Shown here piece after piece: positions 34,024 through 45,646 of a stretch of 64,000 bases of DNA. Every line of letters begins with the position of its first letter. The stretch's first letter is position 1. Source of the DNA: an uncultured Methanosarcinaceae archaeon (GTDB taxonomy: Archaea > Halobacteriota > Methanosarcinia > Methanosarcinales > Methanosarcinaceae); contig CAVTET010000006.1 in assembly GCA_963733675.1 (NCBI GenBank), forward strand, positions 64,001 through 128,000, read 5' to 3'. Below the pieces are notes generated by a model. The model did no database searches and was not told where the DNA came from. It worked only from the letters and a program-made list of their open reading frames with translations. A program made the translations under genes and the position numbers.

Positions 34024-34920
34024 ATGCATGATCAAATTTCAACAGTAAGTGTAGTAATCCCAACTTATAATAGGGATCATTTACTACACAGGGCTATTCA
34101 GAGTGTTTTGGATCAAACTTACCAGGATTTAGAGCTCGTTTTGATGATGGTTCTACAGATAGTACTGAAGAAATTCTAAAAAATTTTAAAAATGGGGGAA
34201 TAAAATACCTTTGCCATAATAAAAATAACGGACCCTCCGCAGCAAGAAATACAGAATAAGGGCATCTAAAGGAGAATATATCGTGCTTCAGGATAGTGAC
34301 GATGAATGGGTTTCGGATAAATTAGCGAAACAGATATAAATTTTTGATAAATCCTCTATGAAGTTGGGTCGTTTATTCTGGTATTTATAGGGTAGAAGGT
34401 GATAAAAAAATTTAATTATCAAATGATGCTCTTTTTACTCAAAAAGAAGGAGACATTCATAACTAACTCCTTAAAAAAAATTTCGTCGGAATACCAGCAT
34501 TTTTATTAAGAAAGAATGTTTCGAAAAGGCAAAATATTTGATGAGGATATTCCTGCTTTAGAAGATTGGGAGTTTTGGATTGAAATCTCAAAATAGTATC
34601 ATTTTAAATTTATAGATGAGCCTTTGTTGTATCCTACTATACACCAAATAGTGCTAATCTCAACCAGAAAAATCAGCTTAAGGTACATGAGATTATTTTA
34701 TTAAAATCATTTAGATGATTTCAGTAAAAACACAAAAGTTTTGTCAGAACATTATTTCTAAATTGGTATTGAGCTGTGCTCATTTGGCGACTTTAAAAAT
34801 ATAAGAGATTATTTAATAAAAGCTGTAAAGCAAATCCCTTAAATACCGACGCAATTTCACGTTTTTTGTCTTACTTTTTTGTCAAAGAGTCCATCTTAAG
34901 TTTAGATATATTCATCAAGA
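34024..34920 (+). pseudogene. GT2 glycosyltransferase, multiple frameshifts
   Basis: VSVVIPTYNR..LHRAIQSVLDQTYQD, DDGSTD, GPSAARN, QDSDDEW, LEDWEFW found in shifting frames. Confidence 0.82.
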
Positions 34921-35106
34921 AGTAATCAGGAAATATAAGATCTCCAAAATTGCCGCTCGAAAAAATTATTTATATAAAATATGATGAAGATTAAAGGTCA
35001 TCCTAAACAATATTGCAATCAGATATGCATTAGAAATCTTAAAGCAGACTATTTTCTTTCACTCATATTAATTTCAGAAGCCGATTTTTTAAATGTGGTT
35101 GAAATA

Positions 35107-35850
35107 ATGATCTAGATTGTTTGTGTATATGCTAACGAGAAAATATTTAGTGACTTTTTAGTTAAAAGCCTGAATATCAAACTGCAGAATTTGAACTAAT
35201 CGGGATCGATAATAACTCTAATAAATTCCAATCTGCACCGTCTGCTCTTAACTATAATGGGAAAAGCTAGGAAAAATACATAATGTTTGCTTATCAAGAT
35301 GTCAGTTTCCTCTCAAAGTCCTGGCTCGAAAATATAAAAAAATTTTTGGATCCAATAAGTAATTTAGGAATTGCTGGTTAGTTGGGATAGAGTGAAACCG
35401 GCAGCTCTACCACGGAATGAAGATGAAACATCATAACACATGGGGAGCTTTTGGAAATCTGCTCATGGGGAAACAAAATACAAAAACCTGTACCAGTATA
35501 AACACTTGGTGAACTTCTGGTAATAATTCCAAAATCTACTTTTGAAGTTCTTAATTTCGATGAAAAGACCTCTAACTGTTGGCAGTTATACGCAGTAGAG
35601 TATTGCCTAAGTGCTAAAGAAAACGGATTTGGAGTTTATGCACTTTCCATGAGGATTCACTACCTATCAAAAGAGAGCGGACAATATGAATAAATTTTAA
35701 TCTTTAAGAGAGTCACTGCCTGATGAATATTCTTACATTTTGGGCAAATTAATTAAAAGGCATAGTGATATGTATCGAAGAATTTATATAAACTGCGAAG
35801 ATTGGAGTACTTCGTAGCCTGCAGTTTTTCAAAGACGCTATTAAATACAA
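35107..35850 (+). pseudogene. decayed paralog of the glycosyltransferase at 51627
   Basis: Colinear nucleotide similarity to 51621-52380 (e.g. ggaattgctgg, aaaatacaaaaacc, gcagtagagtattgcctaagtgctaaagaaa, gattggagtacttc) with many stops. Confidence 0.85.
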
Positions 35851-35999
35851 AGGTTAAATTGTATATTTAGATAACTTTGAATTGCCTAATTCGTAAATTG
35901 ACGGTTATTCTTGAAATTATATATTTCCCAGCGTTGATAAATAATTTCAATATATACTCATTGATACATATTTTGAAATATAGCAAGGTTATTTGACTC

Positions 36000-36235
36000 C
36001 ACATTTTTGAAGGAGAATGTTTTGATTCAGTATCAAAGAAAAGGTATAAAATATTACCGTCGTTAGATGTTGCATAAAACTTATAAAAATTAGTTTTTAC
36101 CAATCTCAAAGCATATATAGTTCAAATAGTTGATGATGCTATTGTCTAAAAGAAACTTGTTACGATAATTTCTACAAAAAAACCTATGTAGTATCTTATT
36201 TTCTAGATACAATGGTTTGTGTGACATATTTTCAT
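36000..36235 (-). mobile_element. tnpA: IS200/IS605 tnpA (Y1 transposase) remnant
   Basis: Degenerate H.NHC...IRY..F..YR...ICFEIG...DG...LF...E.K.SPSK. Paralogous to 43051-43337. Confidence 0.7.
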
Positions 36236-36546
36236 TTTATAGTCCAAGGGTGGCTAAAAATAGAAATACAGGTAAATCGAAATTCTTTATAATATATTAT
36301 ACTCGCTGTTAAGACACAATGTCAAAACACAGTGATAAACTTAAAATTGAACATCACTAAATTTTAAAAATTGTCACAATCCTTTGAAAGTGATTTATTT
36401 ACTGATGTAGGAATAGTTCGAATACAGAATTTGATTGAAGATCAAATTCACCTTGAAAATTTATATTTCGATCAAAAAATGTAAAATCAATAAATTTTGG
36501 AACTCAGTTTTTTTTAAATAGTATAAAAGTTCTTTATATTGCTTAA

Positions 36547-36633
36547 GAGAATTTCGATAAACCTCTATTTTTGGATGGTTGTTCATAAACCCTATATACA
36601 ATTTGCTAAAATAAGAGGTTTATTGAGATTCTC
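36547..36633. mobile_element. 87-bp MITE, family A, with TTAA target duplication
   Basis: ttaa-GAGAATTTCGATAAACCTCT...AGAGGTTTATTGAGATTCTC-ttaa. Confidence 0.8.
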
Positions 36634-36789
36634 TTAAGTATATTCATTGATCATCGGTTAAGGATTTTTTTTGTATGTATGCTATAGATTTATTAGCACA
36701 AATTAATCCCATATTTTGAAAACCAACGCTAAAATAGACATACTGCTCCAACTTATTATCGGTGAATATTTTGTTTAACTATAGGGGAA

Positions 36790-37071
36790 ATATATCACTG
36801 TAATCTCTATCATAAGTTAAGTCTTCAGTTTCATTATCACTGGAGTGAGCATTGGGTAGTCGAAAAGATATATGGCTTACGTAAAAGTTAAAGCAAGCAG
36901 GTTTAACCTGAAAATTGGAGAAAGTACTCGATAAGGGCAAGTTAAAGGTATACTTTGTCTAATTTAGGTAAGATTCAGGTTGAAATTTTTAAAGTGCTGA
37001 TAAGAGAAGTTATAGATGAAGTGTATGTTGTTAGTTTTGATGGTATATATGGGAGGAACTCAAAAATATGA
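36790..37071 (+). pseudogene. ManC/PMI type II C-terminal cupin remnant
   Basis: KLSLQFHYHWSEHWVV...GEST...LSNLGKIQVEIFKV...EVYVVSFDGIYGR. The stop overlaps the rfbC ATG. Confidence 0.72.
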
Positions 37072-37619
37072 ATTTAATAAATACGAAAATAAGTGACCTC
37101 TTCATACTCGAACCTAAAGTTTTTGGTGATCATCGAGGTTACTTTTTTGAAAGTTATAACCAAATGACACTTGATAATCTTTTGGGCAAGAGCTATAACT
37201 TCGTTCAGGATAATGAGTCAAAGTCTTCCTATGGAGTGGTTCGCGGTCTGCACTATCAACTGGCTCCTTTTAGTCAAACAAAACTTGTAAGGGTTTTGCA
37301 AGGGAAAGTATATGACATCGCAGTAGATCTTAGGAAAGATTCCCCTACTTTTCTGTATTGGGTTGGAGTCGAGCTTTCTGCTGAAAATAAAAAACAATTT
37401 TTGATTCCAAAGTGTTTTGCTCATGGATTTTCCGTGCTGAGTGAAACTGCCATCTTTGTATACAAATGTGATGAATATTACTACCCTGAGGTAGAGGCAG
37501 GAATTATCTATAATGATCCTTCATTGAGTATTGACTGGAAAATAAAAGATGAAGATATTAAAATTTCTCGAAAGGATATGCTGCTTCCAAATTTGGAAAA
37601 AGCTAACATGGACTTTTAA
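37068..37619 (+). CDS. rfbC: dTDP-4-dehydrorhamnose 3,5-epimerase
   Basis: FGDHRGYFFES, FVQDNES, VRGLHYQ, DIAVDLR, FAHGF. Confidence 0.95.
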   Translation: MNLINTKISDLFILEPKVFGDHRGYFFESYNQMTLDNLLGKSYNFVQDNESKSSYGVVRGLHYQLAPFSQTKLVRVLQGKVYDIAVDLRKDSPTFLYWVGVELSAENKKQFLIPKCFAHGFSVLSETAIFVYKCDEYYYPEVEAGIIYNDPSLSIDWKIKDEDIKISRKDMLLPNLEKANMDF

Positions 37620-37671
37620 AAATCTACTAAAATTTTAATCATCTTATCGCAATTTACAGATTATGTATATT

Positions 37672-37756
37672 GGGTTTCGATAAGCTCTAAATTTGTCATA
37701 GGCCTATAAATGGTGTGTAAATGACTCGTGAAAATCAGAGGTTTATCAAAATTCTC
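37672..37756. mobile_element. ~85-bp MITE, family A
   Basis: GGGTTTCGATAAGCTCT...GAAAATCAGAGGTTTATCAAAATTCTC between rfbC and rfbB. Confidence 0.72.
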
Positions 37757-37778
37757 TAATTTATTAACATATTTAGAG

Positions 37779-38744
37779 GTGGACAGAACGAAATTGTTAG
37801 TAACAGGAGGTTGCGGATTCATAGGCAGCAACTTTATCAGTTATATGATGAAAAAGTACCCAGACTATCAAGTTGTAAATCTTGATAAACTAACTTATGC
37901 CGGAAATCTTACAAATCTAAAGGATATTGAAAATAATCCGAATTATTTTTTTGTACAGGGAGATATCTGCGATTCTCGAGTCGTTAATGAAGTAATGGGA
38001 AAAGTAGATGAAGTTGTTCATTTTGCAGCCGAAAGCCATGTTGACCGCTCAATCGAAGATGGATCGGTTTTTGTCAGAACAAATGTGCTCGGAACAAATA
38101 CTCTTCTGCAAAGCGCGCTTGTACATAATATAACAAAATTTATTCATATATCAACAGACGAAGTCTATGGCAGCATTAAAGAAGGTTTTTTTACCGAAAC
38201 AGATAAGCTTAACCCTTCAAGTCCATATTCTTCAAGCAAAGCAGGTTCCGATTTTCTTGCTTTGGCCTACTATACAACTTATGGTCTGCCAGTATGTATA
38301 ACTCGATGTACAAACAACTTCGGGCCTTATCAGTACCCTGAAAAACTAATTCCATTTTTCATCAGCAGATTAATAGAAGGGAAAAAAGTTCCCGTTTATG
38401 GCACAGGTCTGAACATTCGTGACTGGATTTATGTTGAAGATCATTGCTCTGCCGTAGATTTTGTACTTCATAACGGAAGAAGCGGAGAAATCTATAATAT
38501 AGATGGTGAAAACGAGCTTACAAACCTCGAAATCACTTATCGCCTTCTTAAGATGCTTGGAAAAGATGAATCTGCAATTGAATACGTTAAAGACAGAAAA
38601 GGCCACGACTTTCGCTATGCTCTTGATGGCAGCAAAATGGGGAAAATGGGCTGGAAGCCTAAGTATAACTTTGATACCGCCCTTGAGCAAACAGTAAGGT
38701 GGTATGTTGAAAATAGGTGGTGGTGGGAACCATTAAAACGCTGA
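37779..38744 (+). CDS. rfbB: dTDP-glucose 4,6-dehydratase (start codon uncertain)
   Basis: LVTGGCGFIGSNF, DKLTYAGN, FAAESHVDRSI, STDEVYG, PYSSSKA, RDWIYVEDH. The expected ATG position (37788) reads ACG. Confidence 0.92.
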   Translation: MDRTKLLVTGGCGFIGSNFISYMMKKYPDYQVVNLDKLTYAGNLTNLKDIENNPNYFFVQGDICDSRVVNEVMGKVDEVVHFAAESHVDRSIEDGSVFVRTNVLGTNTLLQSALVHNITKFIHISTDEVYGSIKEGFFTETDKLNPSSPYSSSKAGSDFLALAYYTTYGLPVCITRCTNNFGPYQYPEKLIPFFISRLIEGKKVPVYGTGLNIRDWIYVEDHCSAVDFVLHNGRSGEIYNIDGENELTNLEITYRLLKMLGKDESAIEYVKDRKGHDFRYALDGSKMGKMGWKPKYNFDTALEQTVRWYVENRWWWEPLKR

Positions 38745-39526
38745 TCATTGGTGCGAGTGGGATGCTTGGATTCGACCTTTGTAAAGTGTTTCCTACTTCT
38801 GTCAAACTAACTCACAAGGAACTTGACATAATAAACAGAGACCAGGTTCTGGATTATATCCAAAGAATAAAACCGAATCTTGTGATAAATGCAGCTGCCT
38901 ATACTGATGTTGAAGGCTGCGAGGATAAACAGGAACTGGCACTTCAGGTCAACGCATATGGTCCAGGATACGTTGCTGAAGCTTGCAATAAAATAGGTGC
39001 AATACTTATACACTTCAGTACCGACTATGTGTTTGATGGGGTTGATAGTGAGTATATTGAGTCGGCTATTCCTAATCCCATCAACGTATATGGTCGATCA
39101 AAATTTATTGGAGAACAGGAAATTGCAGAAAAGATGGATAATTACAGAATTATTAGGATTTCTTGGCTTTTTGGCATGCATGGGAAAAATTTTGTAGAAA
39201 CAATGCTTAAGCTATCTGGTGAAATGGCTGAAATCGGGGTTGTAAATGATCAATTTGGAAAACCCACCTATACAGTAGACCTTGCACATAAAATTGCGGA
39301 TATAATTGAACTTAATCCCGGGATATACCATCTGACTAATGAGGGTATATGTTCCTGGTACGAGTTTGCATCTGCCTTTATAAATAATGCTGTTCCATGT
39401 ACAAGTGAGAAATTCCCAAGAAAAGCTAAACGTCCAAAGTATTCTATTCTTGTAAATACTAAAACAGGAGCTATGAGGCATTGGAAAGAAGCACTTAAAG
39501 ATTATCTCAGGGAGAAAAATATATGA
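38717..39526 (+). CDS. rfbD: dTDP-4-dehydrorhamnose reductase
   Basis: GASGMLG, NAAAYTDV, HFSTDYVFDG, VYGRSK, VNDQFGKPT. Confidence 0.93.
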   Translation: MVVGTIKTLIIGASGMLGFDLCKVFPTSVKLTHKELDIINRDQVLDYIQRIKPNLVINAAAYTDVEGCEDKQELALQVNAYGPGYVAEACNKIGAILIHFSTDYVFDGVDSEYIESAIPNPINVYGRSKFIGEQEIAEKMDNYRIIRISWLFGMHGKNFVETMLKLSGEMAEIGVVNDQFGKPTYTVDLAHKIADIIELNPGIYHLTNEGICSWYEFASAFINNAVPCTSEKFPRKAKRPKYSILVNTKTGAMRHWKEALKDYLREKNI

Positions 39527-40245
39527 AAGGTGTAATACTCGCAGGGGGTACGGGTAGCAGGCTTTATCCCCTAACTAAAGTTACAAACAAGCACCTTTTG
39601 CCTGTATATGACAAACCAATGATATTTTATCCTATCCAGACTCTCATTGATGCTGGGATCAAGGATATAATGATTGTATCGGGCAGAGGTCATGCAGGAC
39701 ACTTTCTCGAGCTTATTGGGTCAGGTGCAGATATCGGAGTTAAGTGCACGTACGAAATTCAAGAAGAAGCAGGAGGGATTGCACAGGCTTTAGGCCTTGC
39801 AGAGAGTTTTGCTGATGAAGAAGATATCACCGTAATTCTTGGGGACAACATTTTCCAAGATAACATTAAAAAGGACGTCTTAACCTTTAAAGGCGGCGCC
39901 AAAATCTTCTTAAAGGAAGTTCCAGAAGCCCAAAGATTTGGAGTAGCTGAACTCAAAGGCAACAGGGTTGTAGGAATTCAGGAGAAACCTCATGAGCCGA
40001 AAAGCAATTTTGCAGTTACCGGTCTTTACATTTACAGCAATAAAGTGTTCAACGTGATTAAAAACCTCAGACCTTCTGCGCGAAGTGAACTTGAGATTAC
40101 TGACGTCAATAATCATTTCGTTAATAATGAAACTATGGATTACCGCATTTTTTCTGGTTTCTGGAGTGATGCAGGTACCTTTGATAGTTTATTGAGGGCA
40201 GGAGTACTAATCCAAAATCATCGCAAAAACAAAAATACAAAATAA
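39523..40245 (+). CDS. rfbA: glucose-1-phosphate thymidylyltransferase (short form)
   Basis: ILAGGTGSRLYPLT, KHLLPVYDKPMI, ILGDNI, EKP, ELEITD, WSDAGT. Confidence 0.92.
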   Translation: MKGVILAGGTGSRLYPLTKVTNKHLLPVYDKPMIFYPIQTLIDAGIKDIMIVSGRGHAGHFLELIGSGADIGVKCTYEIQEEAGGIAQALGLAESFADEEDITVILGDNIFQDNIKKDVLTFKGGAKIFLKEVPEAQRFGVAELKGNRVVGIQEKPHEPKSNFAVTGLYIYSNKVFNVIKNLRPSARSELEITDVNNHFVNNETMDYRIFSGFWSDAGTFDSLLRAGVLIQNHRKNKNTK

Positions 40246-40829
40246 AAACCTCATCGAGCACTGTTAAAAACATAATCAAGCATTATTTGGGACTATATTT
40301 TCCACAATTAGAAAGAATTACTTGAATTTTGGATGCTAGTCTAGTGGTACTTTATCAAATACCACTATTTCTGATAGTTTCAACATTTGGATGAGACTAT
40401 CATTTTTTAATAGTATTACTGATGAATTACATAATTTTAAGCTGATTTACTAATACTATCCCAACAACCTTTTAAAAATAACCAAAAACCATGAATATTT
40501 TTATAATAAATCAAATTAACTGCAGTTAAATACCTAAATCGAAATGTGAAGATGTCAGATCTTGGTTTTTTGAACAAAAATAATTCTATATCCTGCTTTT
40601 GGATCTCTGACACATAAATCAGTATCCTCCCAGCATAAAAAATAATTTTTATTTTATATAGCCAATTTTTTTGAATACCTCATTTTTAGTAAACAATTTA
40701 CAACTATCCAGGCCCCTTAACTCCCATGCCAATCTTTTCCGCAATTTTTCGTAGATCTTCACAAATCTGTCTATCAAGTTTCAGAACAAGAACACCATAT
40801 GCCATTCCACCGACAATAACGGCAACCAG

Positions 40830-42090
40830 TAACCCATATATTCAAAAGTGGTACACGTAAACGACACCCTCCAACAAGTACTCCCATTGCAATCGAAGTT
40901 ATAGAGATGTTCAACAGGCTATGACATCCTAGTCGTATTTCAATAATTTTTGATAATGCACATCTGGCAAGTAGGGCATTTAATGTCATTGTTGCCAGAA
41001 TTGTGATTGTTGTGCACTTACCCCGATCACTGGGATCAGTACAATATTCAACGCAATATTTGCTACAACACTAACAACCGTGACTTTAAATGATTATTTT
41101 GGATTATCCAGAGCATCCAAATACATGGTAAATAAAAACTGGAATACATTAACTACCTGCACAGCAAGTAGTATTATTAATATTTGATATCCTCGAGCAA
41201 AGTCCGCGCCATAAAATAAAGGTAGCAGACGGTCACTCATTAATATACCACCCACAAACACAGGAATTGCCAGTATCAATGAGTAGCTGATAGCACGCGA
41301 TAGAGATTCCTCCACCAGCTCGATCTCATTAGTTTTACCCCAGCGGCTGATACGGGGCCAAAGCGTGTCTCGCAATGCATTTGTGCTAAATGTAGCAACT
41401 AAGGTAAACTGGAGTATTATTCTGTAAATGCCTACATTGGACATATCCAATAGATGTCCAATTATAATTGTATCAGCTTGTGAATATAGCATCATTCCAC
41501 TAGCAGTTAAAAAATAACCAAAATGAAAAGGCAGATAAGCTTTTTATGTGGGCCCATTTGAAACGTACTAAATGCAAATCAAAAAAATGTAATTCAATTA
41601 TTGTTCCCTCCAGTGTTCCAGCCACCATACCTCCAGCCAGACCGGCAGTCTCATATCAAAGATATATTGCCGAGATCTGAAATATAATGCATGAAATATT
41701 TTTTATGCCTAAAAAGGTGTTGTATATCCCGATTTTATCCCTGCCGGCAACTCCGCTTTAGATGGGACCCACAATCACTGATATCAACAATGATAGTAGC
41801 AGCCAGACAAATATATTTGAGTATTTAAGCTCTACAAAAGAATCTTTAAATACGAGCAAGATGAGTATTCCAATTATCGTAAATGCTAACCGCGGTATAA
41901 AATATGCATTGGGTTCTTTTCCTTCACTTATACGTTTCATTGCGGCTCCATCGAATCCCCCATCTGTAACCAAACTAAAAATGCCATTATATGATAAAAA
42001 CAGAAAATATGCACCGAAAATTGGAGCACCTACGGTATGTGCGGGTACATTGTACTCAGAAGACCCATAGCTTTGAATACTATCTGTCAG
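40830..42090 (-). pseudogene. oligosaccharide flippase (Wzx/RfbX-type), fragmented
   Basis: ORF pieces 41758-41973 and 41094-41495 (YSQADTIIIG..VGIYR..LWPRISRW..FYGADF) are colinear hydrophobic flippase segments. Confidence 0.8.
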
Positions 42091-42489
42091 AATAATGATA
42101 TTATAGTCTGGCGCTGGATAGGATCTATTTTAAGGATATTAGAAAAAAAATGGTAGTTATGTTATACATGGTCCAAAACATTAATTATATTTTTATTAGT
42201 TATATTTCAACATATTTGGAAATTCTAAAAATCTATTAAGTAGTAAATCTTTTTCTAAATTCAACATCGATTTAGTTCTATACTAGTGTCTGGACAATTT
42301 TATAGGACAAAACGTAAAATCATTGGGTTATCAGCTCAGTAGACATAAGCATCAACCTGGTTTTGCATCTGATTTCCGGCTGCTTATTTGCTAACGTTGC
42401 GATGGCAGAGGCGAAATAAAAAATTAGAGTTTGCATTAAAATTGTTTTGGGAAATCATCTATTTAGAAATCTTTGATTTAATCCAAATT

Positions 42490-42760
42490 GGTTCTAAAAT
42501 AGTTTTGTTTATGCCATACACTATCAGCTTAAAGTTTACTTCTATGATTTGATTACGGATTTTTTTTGTCGAAGTACTTATCCACATCTCCTTTTGTCGA
42601 CAGAAAAAATTATCTCGACTATCTTTTTTATTATATTTAATTTTATCTGAAATTAAATAAAACTGTTTTTGTATTTTCTCTTCACTTTCTTTCTCTTGGA
42701 ACATATTACATGATAAATTTTTCCCAAATAAAAATTGCGATGGAATACTTCGCTGCAAAC
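42490..42760 (-). mobile_element. IS5-family transposase C-terminal remnant
   Basis: ..DKIKYN....ETIFSVDKRR....RNQI.EV.FKLIVY.INK across frameshifts. Confidence 0.5.
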
Positions 42761-42962
42761 AACTGGATATGGTCTCATTCTCTTGCTCTGAATATAATAG
42801 ATTATTCAAAATCAAATATTTTTATTTACCTGCATGTTTCTTTTTCTTCCTGGTTTTCCTTATTTTAGACCTACTTTTTAATGATATCGGAAGTTGTACC
42901 ATCATCCATTTCCATTGTAGTTCCCATCACTACAAAGTTTACAATCCAGAAGTTATTTCTTA

Positions 42963-43050
42963 GGGAATTTCGATAAACATTCAATTTCTCTCGATACTTA
43001 TAAATAGTATATAACTATTTCATAAAAATTAGAGGTTTATCTAAATATTT
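42963..43050. mobile_element. ~88-bp MITE, family A, truncating tnpA
   Basis: GGGAATTTCGATAAAC...AAAATTAGAGGTTTATCTAAAT. Confidence 0.65.
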
Positions 43051-43440
43051 TTCAGAATATTCCATAAAAATTTTCCTTGCTGTGATGTTTTTTATAATCC
43101 GCATCACTTTTGAAGGAGAATATTTTGATTCAAGATCAGTGAAAAGATGTAAATTATCACCATCATTAGATGTTGCATCAAACTTATAAAAATTAATTTT
43201 TACCAATCTCAAAGCATGATATAGTTCAAATAATTGACGATATCAATGTCTAAAATAAATTTGTTAGGATCCTTCATGCAAAAAAACGATACGAGATCTT
43301 ATTTGCTAGATCAATCGTTTAGATTACATAGTGTCATTTTATAGTGTGAAGATAGTTAAAATATAAACCAGTTAGTTAATAACAGTTTTTGGGGAAGTTT
43401 CCATCCCCGCAACAAGCTGCGGGATATTCGACTAAGATAA
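43051..43440 (-). mobile_element. tnpA: IS200/IS605 left end with tnpA remnant
   Basis: DGDNLHLF..LESKYSPSKVMRIIKNITARKIF. End hairpin CCCGCA-acaagc-TGCGGG at about 43406-43423, upstream of ATG 43337. Confidence 0.75.
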
Positions 43441-43470
43441 ACACAATTTGAGATCGTGGGGAATTAATAT

Positions 43471-44541
43471 ATGGAAGTTGATTATATAAACGGCCTAAAA
43501 ACGGACGAAATATTTGCGATGTCAAAATACCAGATGAAGATACATGAAAGGATAATAGACATAAGACTAAACCCTATAGAGTATCCTATGATCTCAAAAA
43601 AAAGAGTCATAAATGACGTAGTTAAATATCTGGTATATCCGTTTATTGTAAATGGAAGAGTAAGAAAAAAGAACATAAAACATATAACCAGCCAGGACCT
43701 TGCTTACATTCTAAAACTGGTAAAATTGGAAAAGACAATTGTTACTTGCCATGACATTATCCCATGGGTATATGACAATGAGCGGCTACCTACTACGAAA
43801 CTGAAAATGAAGGGATTAATGGAAGCAGATAGAATGATCACGGTTTCTGAATACTCAAAAAAGGACATTATACGATATTTGGGATATCCAGAAAATAGAA
43901 TCAGTATTGTATATCCGGCAGTTGACCACGATATCTACTATGTGAAAAGGGATCGAGAAATCATAAAAAAATTAGGTATTATGGATACTAGCAAAGTAAT
44001 TTTATACGTTGGCTCTGAACAGCCTAGAAAAAATATCCCCTTTTTATTAGAAGCGGTTAACCAGCTGAAAAGGAGAATTCAAGGGATAAAACTCCTTAAA
44101 ATTGGAACCCCTCAGGTTCCTGATGCACGTGAAAAACTTCTTGAGTTGGTTGAAAGACTAGGCTTGCAGGAAGAGGTAATATTCGTAGGATACGTTTCAG
44201 AGAATGATATTACAAAGTACTACAATGCTGCAGATCTTTTTGTATATCCTTCGTTATATGAGGGGTTCGGAATGCCTCCACTGGAAGCTATGGCATGCGG
44301 AACACCGGTAGTAACCTCCAACGTAACATCATTACCTGAAGTAGTAGCAGATTCTGCCATTACGATAGATCCACACGACATCGATGCATTTGTAAACGCA
44401 ATGTATGATGTTTTAACGGATGAAAAGTTAAGGGAAATCATGATAAGCAAAGGACTCAAAAGAGCACAGTTATTTAACTGGAAAAAATCAGCTGAAGAAA
44501 TGCGTAGAGTATATGAACAGCTAAACTCAAATTCTCTCTAA
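43471..44541 (+). CDS. GT4 glycosyltransferase
   Basis: [47 protein letters not shown]. Confidence 0.92.
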   Translation: MEVDYINGLKTDEIFAMSKYQMKIHERIIDIRLNPIEYPMISKKRVINDVVKYLVYPFIVNGRVRKKNIKHITSQDLAYILKLVKLEKTIVTCHDIIPWVYDNERLPTTKLKMKGLMEADRMITVSEYSKKDIIRYLGYPENRISIVYPAVDHDIYYVKRDREIIKKLGIMDTSKVILYVGSEQPRKNIPFLLEAVNQLKRRIQGIKLLKIGTPQVPDAREKLLELVERLGLQEEVIFVGYVSENDITKYYNAADLFVYPSLYEGFGMPPLEAMACGTPVVTSNVTSLPEVVADSAITIDPHDIDAFVNAMYDVLTDEKLREIMISKGLKRAQLFNWKKSAEEMRRVYEQLNSNSL

Positions 44542-44595
44542 AGACCTTAATATGAAATTTCAATTATTACGCACAAATACCATACTGATAAGTTT

Positions 44596-45615
44596 TTACT
44601 CATCAGCCAGTAATCCATCTTTAACACCTTTTAGAAAACATACAAGTAACGGCTTATTTTTGTGGAGGAGAGCCCATCCAGCAAAAGAGAAGAACTTGAA
44701 TCCAAAGAAATAAGCAAGGAATAATCGGTATTGTTTACACGAAGCATACTGTTTCATGAACCAGAATCGGTTTCTTGTATGCTGATACAGGGCAAATCCC
44801 CTGATCTTATTGCTGGTTACACTTCCTTTATGCCAGATTTTCCCCTTCGGAACATATACAATTTCATAAAATGCTCTTCGTGCACGCACACACCATTCGA
44901 CTTCTTCAAAATAGGCAAAATATTTTTTATTTAAAAGGCCAATTTTGTCTAATAACTCACTTTTTACAAGCAAGGTACAACCAGTTACAGCATCAACTTT
45001 TTGTGTAGATTTTGAGAAATCACCTTCATATACGAGGCTAATAGCATCTCCCTTATTCCACAGAATTTTCAAGCCTGCTGACTGAATACGAGAGGGAAGT
45101 TTATAGTCAAAAATAGTGGGTCCAAGGATCCCGATATTTGGATTCCTTTCCGCGATCTTAATCAATTCATCCAGGAAACAGCTATCTACAACAGTATCAT
45201 TATTCAACAAAAGAATATAATCTGGATTCAGTTTTTCCAATGCATATCTTATTGCGATGTTGTTTCCTTCAGCAAATCCATAGTTCTGATTGTTTTTAAT
45301 TAGGATAAGTTTTTTTTCTGGTGGCAAGTTTTCTATATTTTTTCTTAGTCTGTCACTAATTTCGAGTTCTTCCTGAGAATATTCTATTAGTTGTAGAGGT
45401 TTATTATCCGAATTATACTTAAAAAAGCTTGATTCTATTTTGAGACTTCCAGAAGCGTATTCTTTTATTTTTTCAACTGATTGATCTTTTGAATCATTAT
45501 CTACAACAACAACATCATAATTTGGATATTCGATCTGATAAACAGATTCCAAACATTCTATTGTATCTTCCCAACCATTCAGGTTGAGGATTATAATAGT
45601 AACTTTAAAAACCAT
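44596..45615 (-). CDS. GT2 glycosyltransferase (rhamnosyltransferase-like)
   Basis: IIILN.NG, VVDNDSKD, NYGFAEGNN, LLNNDT, YFEEVEWC.R. Confidence 0.9.
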   Translation of the reverse strand: MVFKVTIIILNLNGWEDTIECLESVYQIEYPNYDVVVVDNDSKDQSVEKIKEYASGSLKIESSFFKYNSDNKPLQLIEYSQEELEISDRLRKNIENLPPEKKLILIKNNQNYGFAEGNNIAIRYALEKLNPDYILLLNNDTVVDSCFLDELIKIAERNPNIGILGPTIFDYKLPSRIQSAGLKILWNKGDAISLVYEGDFSKSTQKVDAVTGCTLLVKSELLDKIGLLNKKYFAYFEEVEWCVRARRAFYEIVYVPKGKIWHKGSVTSNKIRGFALYQHTRNRFWFMKQYASCKQYRLFLAYFFGFKFFSFAGWALLHKNKPLLVCFLKGVKDGLLADE

Positions 45616-45646
45616 TGTTATTACCGACTCATTCTGTCTTGCGTAT

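Noticed and set aside
36955-37067. Conserved ~110-nt leader shared with 50730-50845, first read as a JUMPstart-like regulatory RNA
   Set aside because: Both copies translate in frame to the ManC/PMI cupin C-terminus, so a coding remnant is the simpler explanation.
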